Of a stretch of DNA of 64,000 nt, positions 11,851-27,615 are shown piece after piece (the stretch's first letter is position 1; each line of letters begins with the position of its first letter). A program made the translations under genes and the position numbers. The notes under the pieces are model-generated. The model was not told where the DNA came from and made no database searches. It saw nothing but the letters and a program-made list of their open reading frames with translations. Source of the stretch: Torpedo marmorata (Eukaryota); assembly GCA_977017645.1 (NCBI GenBank), contig OZ360221.1, positions 65,410,001 through 65,474,000 on the forward strand, given 5' to 3'.

Positions 11851-14800
11851 GTACATTCTGCCCGTGGTTTGAAGCCGATTTCACTGCTGTAAGTGCACCC
11901 GGTGCTGCCCCTCTCTCCCTTTCTCTCTCGCTCTCTCCTCTCTCGCTCTTCAGGCTGACAGCAACTCGGCGTCTATTCGCCGACCTTATTTCCTCTCAGT
12001 TTCGTTCTACACTTTTGGAAAATTTTTGTTCGATTCTCCGAGGTGATTGAGCCTACGATTGTTCTGCTCGTTTGTGTCGAGAGAATAATGTTTCTACTTT
12101 CGATCGTTGTAAGTTGGGAGGTTCGTACAGTGGCGGATTTTTATTTAAATTTATTTGAAATCTAACCATGGTGGAAATTTGCTGCTGTACCGTCGAAGCG
12201 TCATTACTCAGCTCAGATATAAACGTTTGTTTTAACATCAAACGGGTGACCTGGTGCAACGATTTTATAGAATTGGGATCTGGACAGGACAGGGAGCATG
12301 GCGGCATGGCTGTTTGGCTGAAATGTCGAGTGTGGTGTGTTTTCTGAACTTAACTTTTAAGAAGTACTTTGGATTTTGACGATAAACATGGCGGTTGGTG
12401 GCAGTGACCCCTCGTATTCTTGTACAGTACTTGTGGTGTCAGGAGCGAATAAACAAATACGAATCACGTGAAGCTTGCTCGGAGCTGACAATTGGGGTGT
12501 CGAGATGGTCTTCTCATTCGCGTTTATTGACATTTTCTTGAGTTGGGTGACCAGCGCTGCATCAGATTGGCAGCAGCTATTTCCAGCACGAGCACGAGGT
12601 ATGCTGCGTCAGGGTGTGAGTGAGAGGGAGGAAGTGTTTTCCCCCTTTTTTGTCCAGTTAGATTTGGTAGAGTGCTTTCAGAGAACGCGTTGGCGGCGTG
12701 TGCCGTCCCAAGTCCTGGGTATAGATATTGAGGGTGAAAATGGTGCTGGTGGTCTCGAGAAGGGTTCGGGGTGGCAGGGGTAGAGACGAAGACACCGAAT
12801 GTGTGTTGATTAGGGAGCTACTGATTGCCTTGGAAGCAAATCCTTTCTGACTTTCTCCAGGCCAACAGTGACTGCAAATTATGTGAAGTTTCATAATAAA
12901 ACCCCCAAAATAAGATCTCCAAACGCGATCCTTCCGCTAAATTGACTGTCGGTAAAATTGCTGAATGGTCTTTTCTGCGACGTGCTTGTACAGGAGAACA
13001 GGAATTTGAGAACGGCAATGACATATATTTGGACAAAATTAATCCTTGTTTCTTTTTTAATTAAACGATTGCTGTGAGATCAGAGAGGTCAATGAAGAAG
13101 TACAGATTGCAATATTCCCTTTATCCATATATGTGGTTTTAGCAGTGGGAAATTGAATTTTGGTTAATGACCTGAATTTTGTTTGCACTGTGGTTTAGAT
13201 TTATTGCTGCTTTCAAAAATGTGTTTGTGTATAGGGAGTGTTGAGTATGTCGGGGTTACGGCTGTCATTGGATTTTTTTGTTATAAAGAAGCAGAACGCC
13301 ACGTTTGTTTTTATTGTACAACTGCACATTTCCTTAATGTTACTGTTCCACGTCCCGGTCAATGTTGATATCCTGAAATAGGATATGCATTTTTGAGATA
13401 TGGGTTATTTTACATAGTGGCTTAAAGATCCATGTCTCAAGTGGAATATTTTTTTTTTTTGCATTTTATTCAGTTATGGAATGGAATTCATGTTGCATGG
13501 AAATTATGTGAGCACATGTCATAAGGCTAATTGTTTACCTCGCTGATAATAAAAAAAAGTGGGACATAAATCAGGGAGACGCAAAGTGGTTAATCTATTG
13601 ATCAGCTAAATCCGCAACCGTTCTGTTGATCTCGCTTTGAATAGAGGGGCAGCTCACAGGTCTGATGGTGAGAGCGGAGCGCTGTGAAACACGTGGTTTG
13701 TTTTTATTTTGCCTTTTTTCTCTCTCTTTCGCTGAAAGGATCTACGGCACTTGGTGTTGAGATTCCGCTCAGTGGACATGGGCGGGCTACGAATAGATAC
13801 ATGTGCCGAGAATTCTGTGACTTCAAATCAATGAAAGAACAAGTACTTTTTTCTGAGGTCCGAAGCCTGAGTTGGCGTCTGTGAATCTATGTAAAAAACG
13901 ATTATTTTTAGCAAATTAACGGAGATGGGATTGAGTTCCATTTGTGCTGTTAAGACTGCCTGGAAGGATAATGAATGGAATTCTACTGGAATCTGTCTAT
14001 CGTTTATGTCTCAACGCCAATTGTTACAAACAAATAGAAATTCTGATTGTTTATATCCACATGTTGTAGTTTGATTACTTCGAAACGTCGCGGGTCGGCG
14101 CTGTGGTTTAAACTTGCTTTATTACACCTAATATATGAAACTATATTGAATGTATTAGTCTTGTTTACGTAGTGTGGTAGGGATTATAAGTAAATGCCAC
14201 AATTAATTACTTATTTCGTGTGCTTGATGGTGTCTGTCGTTTATTTGTCCTGCTTGGTTGTGATTTTTCTAGGCGTCGTAGTTATTTCCATGTTGTTCGA
14301 AGAAAATCAAACTGTTTCTTTTACATTTACAAAGGGCGAAAGACCCTCCAAAAGTTGAGTGAAACATTGAAACCTTATTAATTCTTGTTTTCTGATCACA
14401 TTAATTAATTATCAATCAATAGGCGTGCTCTATCAAAGTGATCCTCTGTTGTGGAACCGCAGCTTGTCATTAGCTGTTCTGAATAGCAGAGAGGCGTTTA
14501 CAGAAGAAAATCGTGCGATCACAAAAGCCACCACTTAAAGCTAGTGTTGACGTGGAGACTATCTCAAGGAGAGCCAAAAAAACGATGATGTGCGCTGTGT
14601 TGGGGCTCATTTGAAATGGCGGTGAGATTTGCATGTTTAGATTGCTCAGATCGTCCTCCGTTTCAGATTTAAGTTGTAGGGATTTAATTTGCGTTACTTC
14701 CACGTGATCGTCGTGCGCTCCCCTGCAGAACCTCGCTCTATTTTCGGTCCTTTGGCGAAATGCCAAGTATAACCCAAGTTGCTATAGTAACTGCAAGAAT

Positions 14801-15798
14801 TGCCGAGTATGGGCACCAGCAGACGTCAATGTGCCTTTTTGATCGTCAAGAATGGCCCTTGTGTTGTACACGAGCATTATTTTATTTATTGCATTTGTAA
14901 CGGATTTGCTTTGGTAACCTGCATAACGTTGCTAATGTAACACCGCGACGTTCATTAAAATATTTCCAACGAACATGTAATTGCCGGAAATGGCTTTATA
15001 AAACACAATTCTTCCTGTTTCGCTTTACGCGGTGCTAGAGAATCGTTGGTTTAATGTCAAACGTTGAACGCCTGATCGCAAATCCAGCTGCGATGATCCT
15101 TGTAATACAAACGTGTTTTGCTACTTAAATAGCTGCTTTGTCTTACTGCGAATTTTCATCGATCCGACGCGTCTTGAACCCGCGTAATGAGCCCAAAGGC
15201 ATGCGGGGTTCACAGAAAGAAATGTGTGCACTCGACTTAAACCTGCTCGCAAAGTCTAAAAATGGGCTTTTTGTTATCCTCGAAACACGATGAAAACAAA
15301 GGCAATAAGAATGATCAGGTGAACTGCTCATTCTTCATTGTTATATACCTGCCTGTGGTTTATGGGTGCTTTTAATAAAATAATTGCTGTTAGAGCCAGC
15401 GGGATGGTTGCGTGTATAAGACCATTAAGTCTTTTTGATAAAGAGAACGATGCAGTGGGTCTTCATCAGTTAACCTCCTTCTATTAATTGGGTGACTTTT
15501 GGTTAATGCTGCTAGGTTTTTACTTCAGCTTGTGAGTATTTCATTAAAAGCTATGTTTAGCGTTGGGTGTATCAATAATTTTACAAAGCGGGGTTCTTTT
15601 TACCATTTTGCCTATCAAGATTTAGTTAGCCGAGGGGAGCAAAATGTCAGAATATGGAGATTCTGATACCTTGCCATTCATACCAATATTTTTCACAATT
15701 TATAATTTGCTGATCAATTGTGCCTCAAAACTAATTAGCCGCATTTGCATATTGCTCGTGTAGAATTTGGTTGCTGCTTTACCCGATTTATAAAGTAG

Positions 15799-20218
<4,420 letters not shown>

Positions 20219-21830
20219 CAACATTCATCAAAAAGATAAAATGATTCATAAATGAAGACGTTATACCATGCGATAATATATAGAAATGCTTAGCATTGTG
20301 ACCATCGTTAACATCACTGTTTTGTAGTGAGTGGATATCTGGTTCAGAACAGAAACATTTGGCTTTACTGCAAATGGTTTTGACAGTCCTCTTCTGCAAG
20401 CCAGCTTTCCAGTTTCCTGGGATACATATTTGCAATGGATCTGCATTACTGAAATTTGTATTGCAAATATTTGAGGATATTTACATCAATTAGCATCGGA
20501 TTTAGTTAATTGCAAAGAAGACCGTGTTCTCAAAGTGGAAAATGAAGGAGGAAAAGCTGGATATGGCATTGTTATAAAGATGTAAGCGTTGGAAGATAAT
20601 TTGTATAGTTTAATTGCATTGAAGTTTACTATAACTGTATATCAACATACTTTTAATTTTGCCGAAAATAGGCATTGTGATATTGGCTGTACAGATTAAA
20701 TATAAAGTGTAATGATTTTTCACAAAGATGCTCACTGAAAATTTTAAGAGAAATTAAAATTAGGAAGATGTATTCTTTGTAGCCATTTCACTGTGAAAAC
20801 TGACTGACAATAGATATTGACATCTTTGGTTGTTACATGTTTTCCTGCAGCATTAGTATACTGCAGGATGAACCCAAAACTGATGAACCCAAAATAAAAT
20901 TGTTTTAATGATAAATAATTTTATACTTAAAGTGGGATTAAGTAAGTGAATTGTCTGTAACATTATAATTTTTGCTATACTTAGTGATTCCGTTGACTAA
21001 TTTCCCAGATATAAAAAATGCTTAAGTAAACTCAAAGGTGGAGTATGTACATATGGTTGCACAACATCCAATATATTCACCATATCCCTTTGATAATTCA
21101 AATAATTATTTCTGAATATTCTGCCCCTGTATACTACCACAAGCAAATAATGTGTATTGAGGTATATATAAATATTTTCCTGAAATTTTCATTTCATTTT
21201 GTTTTCATTTAAATTAACCATGTTGTCCAAATTGCTATTAGCAACCATTTAAAGTTGGACAGAGTATCTCTTGTTCATCGACAATTAAAAGTACTTTAAA
21301 TTACATTTTAAAAATAGTATGCCACTTGTTTGCAATGAAATTTTCCACTGCCCTTGCCATTGTTCCGTTTTGGTAAGGACCTTAAAGATCTGAAAATAGA
21401 TCAAGATTTTAAATGTTCTAATAATGAGAACTGAAGATACTTAGTGGCTATTGTTTTTTATCAAATGATAGTGATTAAAACACAGATAATTTAAAATGGA
21501 GGCTGCCATCAGAATAGTTAGATGTGACCAGGTAATTAGTAATGTCCTGTTGTAGAATTACCAACTGCTGACAGGACCAATGTCATACTGCAAATCAGGC
21601 CTATGACTGGACAATTCTATTGAAAAAAAATTTTTTTTCTGTGATATCTGTAAACCAGAGGCATGTGTTATAACAACACAAACTAATTCATGATGGGAAA
21701 TGAAGGCTTAAACATAATCGGATTTCATGTGATTTTTTAAAAAATTCCGTACATTGGCATTTAACGCGGCTAAAGGTGAATTTCTAATTGTCATATTTGA
21801 CAGAATAAAAATGCGCTGATTGGTAAATCG
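20219..21830 (+). other. BMI1: BMI1 3' UTR (about 1.6 kb) with a miR-128 8-mer seed site and a poly(A) signal
   Basis: AT-rich, repeat-free. CACTGTGA at 20789-20796; AATAAA at 21804-21809. The 3' end is inferred. Confidence 0.6.
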
Positions 21831-22714
21831 AAACCATATGATAATTCATTCAAAAGAACATGGAAGTTTTAAACTCTGGCGGCACAGGTTATTAAATGTA
21901 TCATGGCAATTAACTGTTGCCTTAAAATATTCAATACTGTCCAGGATAGCCTGCCACACATTCGTCTGTTTGTGTCTACAGCAAACCGATAAACGGTTGA
22001 ACAAAATAGTTTTCTTTTCATCTTGGTTGACATCTCATCTCAACAGACATTTGATGGCAATTTCTCCTTAATTTTGTGTGTGAAAAGCACGTGACAGTTA
22101 TGTTGTCTGTATTTTGGCATTGTTCTACTTTCGCTGATAATGTACTTAAATCGGCAAGTAAACACGGTTCTTTTTGTCCTGAATTGGGGTAAAAGCACAA
22201 TGCAACTTGTGCTTTAATTTTCTTAAAAGTCAATTAAAAGAAATGATTTTGCATTTTCTCATAGAATTTACTTTATGTTGCTTATTTCTTCCGAAAATGC
22301 TCAATTTCAAATGTATTTGTAAATTCAGCACAATTTCTTCAGTTCAGCCTCGGTATGTAGCGCATTTTCATCAATGCCATTATTTTACGAAACTGCATGT
22401 GCCCATCCTCCTGATTCGTGTTGCTGTGGAAGTCAGGGAAGAGATCAAAATGAGTAATTTCTATATATTTGTATTCCATTATAATGTCGATGTGATGCTT
22501 TTTCAGAAGGGAGGCGGAGGAAGTGATATGAAAACCAGTTGTCTCTGAAACTGTAAAAAGCATGTGATAAGCTCAGGAAACAACCCTGCACCTTAACAAA
22601 TCTCATTGATTTAGCAGAGTTGGGGTATACTTTTTTAAGAACGTTCACGTGATGATTTGGTGTCAACAAGACGGTAGTTTAGTCCCATTCTAAGCCAGCG
22701 AGGATGAGGTTGTC

Positions 22715-22845
22715 ACATGAGAAGGGTTCAGGCTCAGGCCCGAAACGTTGGTTATAATATCTTTGTCTCCCCTGGACGCTGCGGGACCTGCTGAGTTTCT
22801 CCAGCACTTTTGTGTATTTACTTCAATCACAGCATCTGCAGACTT
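22715..22845 (+). mobile_element. Penelope pseudo-LTR-derived short element
   Basis: GGCTCAGGCCCGAAACGTTGG...GACCTGCTGAGTTTCTCCAGCAC...TCTGCAGAC, same family as 39538-39650. Confidence 0.7.
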
Positions 22846-23042
22846 GGTTCACTCAGATGTTGAGCTCCCCTTTCTGAATCTAGGCCTTAATACTCTCATC
22901 GCTTCAGCTAACCATACTTTCAATGTTCTATACTTCTACAGACAATTCACTTACTACATCCCACTACACTTGGTGATTCCATTAACTAATTTCCCAGATC
23001 TTATTCAATTAGCAATTCGAAAAATTCCTTTTGTACTTAAGT

Positions 23043-23260
23043 CATAGAACATAGAACTTTCAGCATGGTATTGGGTCCTTCGACCCATCACGTCTGTAAC
23101 TGACCATGATGGCAATCCAATCTAATTTCATTCGCCTGCCATGGTCCATATCCCTCTCCACTCTGAATGTTTATGTGTCTGTCTAACTGCCTCTTAAACG
23201 CTGCCATTGCATCGGCTTCTATTAGCACCACTGGCAGCGTGTTCCAGATATCAACTCTAC
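23043..23260 (-). mobile_element. CR1 3' tail fragment
   Basis: (CATAGAA)n tail and CACTGGCAGCGTGTTCCAGAT (the WN.LP region) on the minus strand. Confidence 0.65.
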
Positions 23261-23850
23261 CCAATCTAACATTGCAAAAGAGATAAACTGAAAAGGGGCT
23301 CTACAATGCCTTCTGAAACTTCAATTTTACCCACATTGCCTCTCTTAACATCTTTCAAAAGTTTCCAAAATATGTCAATTGTATTTTTTATGAGTCATGT
23401 TATGAAAACGGTTGTATAATAAGAGAGATTGCACCATTAATTTTCACGTGAACTATTGTAGTTCCGAAGATGATACATGTGGGACAAACTTGAAAGCATA
23501 TACTTTCTGATACTCCATCCTATATTTACAATACAAAAACAGATTTAAAAAGGCTCTCTATAAGGTTATATTTGCCGATTTCCCTGAGTTTTCACTCCTT
23601 TTAAAAATCGATTTTAAAAACACCGCTGGACACTCAATATTTAAATAGAATTTTCCCAGTTAAGGATCTTTTTCATTACTCAACATCTACAATCGAGAGC
23701 AGTTTGCAGTAAGGTAGTCAATGTCTGAAGCATATAAGGTATGAATAAACCAGCCGAATGTTCGTTTTGATATTGATTGATTAGTCAAGTGTAGGTTTGT
23801 TCAGAGGTTGCATGCTTGGGTTTTTTTTAGCACTTTTTCCTGTTCTTTTT

Positions 23851-24093
23851 CCGACAGCACCAATAGCCTGAATACGACTGGGATTGTCTGATCTCGGAAG
23901 CTAAGCAGGCACAGGTCAGTACTTGGAGGGGAGACCGCCTAGGAACACCAGGTGCTGTAGGTTTCTGTGAGAGGCGCTGGACAAAGTAGCGACCCTCTGT
24001 CTGCCTTATGGTAGACAAAAATTAAAGAATTTCATGTATGTTACATTCTAAATGTAGTATTACGTGACAATAATGGAACCTTTAACTTTTAAC
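23851..24093 (+). mobile_element. 5S rRNA-derived SINE (SINE3) with a Rex1-like tail
   Basis: About 23851-23964 matches 5S rRNA (TCTGATCTCGGAAGCTAAGCAGG box A; GTACTTGGA.GGGAGACC box C; GGTGCTGTAGG) with an internal deletion and no T-run terminator. It is followed by a hairpin, GTGACAATAA and a short repeat tail. Confidence 0.8.
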
Positions 24094-24124
24094 GCTCCGA
24101 CGTCGAAAGCAGGATCAGCTATTC

Positions 24125-24435
24125 ATGGCGGTCCTTAATTGCTGTTGAACTGCATGGCTTGCTCAAAGGTGGTTAAGGGCCACTGGTGAATTTGGAATCA
24201 AACGGAGACCAGACCAGGGAAAGAAATATCTTCCCCAGGAGGATATAAGTGAGCCATCTGGCAGCGTTGCGACAGTTAGATAGTTTCATGGTAAACCCCA
24301 CTGGTACTGGCACCTTGCTTCAAAATACATTTAATTCACCGAATTTAAATTACCGAACAGTTCTGCTGATATGAGCTCGTATCTCATTCGTCTAGGCCTC
24401 TGGATAACCAGTCTGGTATTTTTAATCATGTACTA
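24125..24435 (-). mobile_element. Old elasmobranch SINE (Deu-domain/SacSINE-like) remnant
   Basis: CCAGACCAGGGAAAG...TTCCCCAGGAGGATATAAGTGAGCCATCTGG...GTTTCATGGT resembles shark SINE bodies as I recall them; heavily diverged. Confidence 0.45.
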
Positions 24436-26349
24436 CAAAGCCCAAAATCATCACTTTTAACAGCATATTGTTGATTTATAAATGTATTATTTTTCAAAGT
24501 CCACTTCAGTCATAATGCTTTTGCGCAAAGAAATGTTTATGAACTATCCGCTAGACTTAAATTAATGGAGCGATTAGAGATTGGCATCGTTGGTAGAGTC
24601 CAGTGAAAAGTTATACAGTATGTAATTTTACAAGTTATTTCTTAAAAAGACACAATGACACTTTCCTTTAACTTAATTCACAGCCGGAATATAATACTTC
24701 GCGTTTAATGTAAAGTTAACCATGACTCGGTAAAGGAAACAAAGAAAAATCACATAATTAAGATATTTGATATAACACTGCGTTAATAGTACTTTTCCTA
24801 TTGACTGACAAAGGCCCATAGGGATCAACCAAGCATAAACCTGTAAGGTTTCGGCGAATATAAGCGAGAAATGTATCGCTTTTTACTAGTATAAAAGTTA
24901 TTGATATCATAATTCGAGCTCCTCTACTTTCTTGTCAAATTTATTGCACTAAATCGATTAGATAAAATTAGTAACGTTTCCTAATTCAAAAAGTAATCCC
25001 CACGGATGCTATAGCAGTGTGATAGACTCATGATGTCTTCATGGTCCCCTCACGCAATTGAGTGAATTCAACATTCTGGATTCATTCTTGCAGAACTTGA
25101 TTGGCAATTTGGAAATCAGGGTCTGGAGAATATGTCCAAATATTATGATCCTTTTTGAAATTCGAGATGCATGGGCGCACGAGAGTGATGGAAAGGAACT
25201 GAATCTCGAGCTCCACTCACATCAGCAACTGGGCAACATTCACTAAAATAGTACTTTTGAAGCTTATCCTCAAACTTAGAATCGGTGAGGATTGTGCCAA
25301 TTAAAATGTATTGCAGATCAGCATTTTTTGTTATGTAGTTATGTAACTTCTGTATTCTACAAATGCGGTAACCGATACGCATTTGCCCAACAAGAAGACG
25401 CGTACATTTCTATGTGTAACTGCCTGGTGGACTTAAGGAAGCCACTTTCCAGGTGCGCTCCAAACAGGTCGTTCCTATCTCAGGGCTTCTGCGGCGAACC
25501 GCACCGGAAAAGCCACCGCTTGGAATGCACCCTCGGTGGCCTGAAAACCTTCGTGACCTCATGTCCACTTCTCAAAACTGGATGTAAATACCGAATGATC
25601 GATGCAATCTAAATTCGTGCAAAAATGACTTTGCAGCGTCTTTAAATCCGCAAGTGATGCTGTCCGTAATTAAAGATGATGACAAGCACACCATTTGAAA
25701 ATCGAGTGTTACTTGTACTTTCATTTGCAGATTCGGAGCGCGGCTCTCTCATATAAGAATGAAGATTATTATTTTTTTGATTAAGGCTTCAAAAGTAAAC
25801 TGAAAATTTGATCATTTCGTTGTCTTTAAAAGTATTATATGAGCCCACTGGATATAATCCATCAAAATTCTAAGTACATGTTTAATCAGATAGCTGCTTC
25901 CTGTTTCCGTTATCAGTGGTGAGTAACGTTCTCGTCTCCTGCAGACTCGTTTTTAGCCTTTGCTCAACGAGCGGATTTCCTTTTCTCACAAATAAGCTGT
26001 TTCTTTTTGGTGAGCTGAGTGGACGGTTGTTGTAACGTGCCATGATGCATGCGAATGATTTTTCAGGTGGTGGCAGCTATTTAACGCCTTGACAGTTCAT
26101 AGCAGCTCACGGGTTTAACATCTAGAGGTGGAAAAAAATTTGATTTTGATCGTTTGGAGAGAAAACAGCGAGTATTTGGCATTCGGAATCAGCACTGAAA
26201 CTCATTAGTCAGTCTCAGTGTTCCAAACATGTGGTGACATGTTAGTTTCTAAGTTGTTTTTAGACTTTTTTCAAACAGTTTGAGTAAACCTGCAGGATTT
26301 TTCATCTAATGCACGAGCAGACGGGCTAATGTTTCAACTGCACGTTTCC

Positions 26350-26610
26350 TGCTCCTTTTAATGACAAAGAAAGGCCGTTTCTTTTTCCCTCTGCGGTCTG
26401 CAAAGCGACAGCTCGCTCGTCACGTGACCCGTTTGGCGGGCGCCTCAGCCGGCTCGGGCACTGGAGCCGCGTTGGGAAAGGCTACGACGCGCCTGCGCGC
26501 CTCGCTTTCTGCACCGCAGAGAGCAGCGGTCAAACCTCGCCACCAGTGCAGCACGCGGTCCCGCTGCAGCGTCGGTCGTCACATCCCAGTCTGCTCACCA
26601 TCGCTATCAA
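26350..26610. promoter_or_regulatory. Orphan intergenic CpG island with promoter-type motifs
   Basis: Dense CpG; GTCACGTGAC 26419-26428, E2F-like TTTGGCGGG 26432-26440, NRF1-like GCGCCTGCGC near 26489-26498. Confidence 0.6.
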
Positions 26611-27479
26611 AACGAAATTGCATGCATGCATGAGTGTGAATGTTCAGCAATGAACGTCGCACAGTTCCGTATGATACATACATGCTTAAAAAAGCAAAAT
26701 AGTGTCTGTTTTATCTCCTTTATAGAATTCAGTAAAGCCATCAAAGACTTCGAACAACGTAGAGAAAGAAGCATTTGAATAACTGTACATCTTACCCACT
26801 GGAATTTTAGAAACGGGGAAACCGTGAAGATTGACTTCATGGGTACATTTGCAATGTTTAAATGGGCAAGATGTGGGGTTGGCTTGACAGTAGAAATTTA
26901 CCAAGGGCTTTAAGATATGAATTAGATCAATACTATCGAGTGTCAGTTCTAATCCTGGTGAAGGATCACGATGCAATTATTCAATTACGGTACAAAGCCA
27001 CCCTCGTTCTTATTTGTCACGTAAAATATTTGAATTGGGCATCCGTGGAGTGGAAGGAGGGGAAGAAATGCAACTCCGCGTCAAGGGTACTTAATCATTT
27101 TCATCAAATGGAAAGCCGCGGTTTCTATTAGTCAGTGTTAAGACGCCCTTTCTGTACTCCGAGACCAAATGTTTACTGATGGTCACTGAATGTCAGTTGT
27201 GAAAACTCCTCGAAAAAACCCATGTTGTCATCTGTACCCTGGCTGAACGGATGGATACGATGGTTAACAACTCACTTGCTTAAAGTATAAACCAGATTCT
27301 TTCAAATTAAATGTTAATATAATTTTCAGGTTCCTCTCTAATTGATAGTGGTAGCGGAAATTGGAATTGCAAGTCCATGCAAGTTATTTATTTCCAGTCG
27401 TCTGGCTAACTCGCGTTGCATTCAGAAATTTGATTCCCCTGAATACGAAATAACAAATGTGTTCAGTTATGTCTTAAGA

Positions 27480-27615
27480 TATAGAACCATAGACCATAGA
27501 ACAATTACAGCACAGAAACAGGCCATCTCGGCCCCTCTAGTCTGTGCCGAACCATTTTCTTCTTCGTCCCACTGACCTATAGCCCTCCATACCTCTTCCA
27601 TCCATGTACCTGTCC
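27480..27615 (-). mobile_element. CR1 3' tail fragment
   Basis: (CATAGA)n-type tail followed by ACAGCACAGAAACAGGCCATCTCGGCCC. Confidence 0.7.

Noticed and set aside
11950-12600. Alternative BMI1 5' exons (acceptor near 11953, donors near 12043 and 12598)
   Set aside because: Splice-like motifs alone are insufficient without transcript data.
23851-23964. Functional 5S rRNA gene
   Set aside because: Diverged 5' end, internal deletion, no oligo-T terminator, and fused to a LINE-like tail; it is a SINE head.
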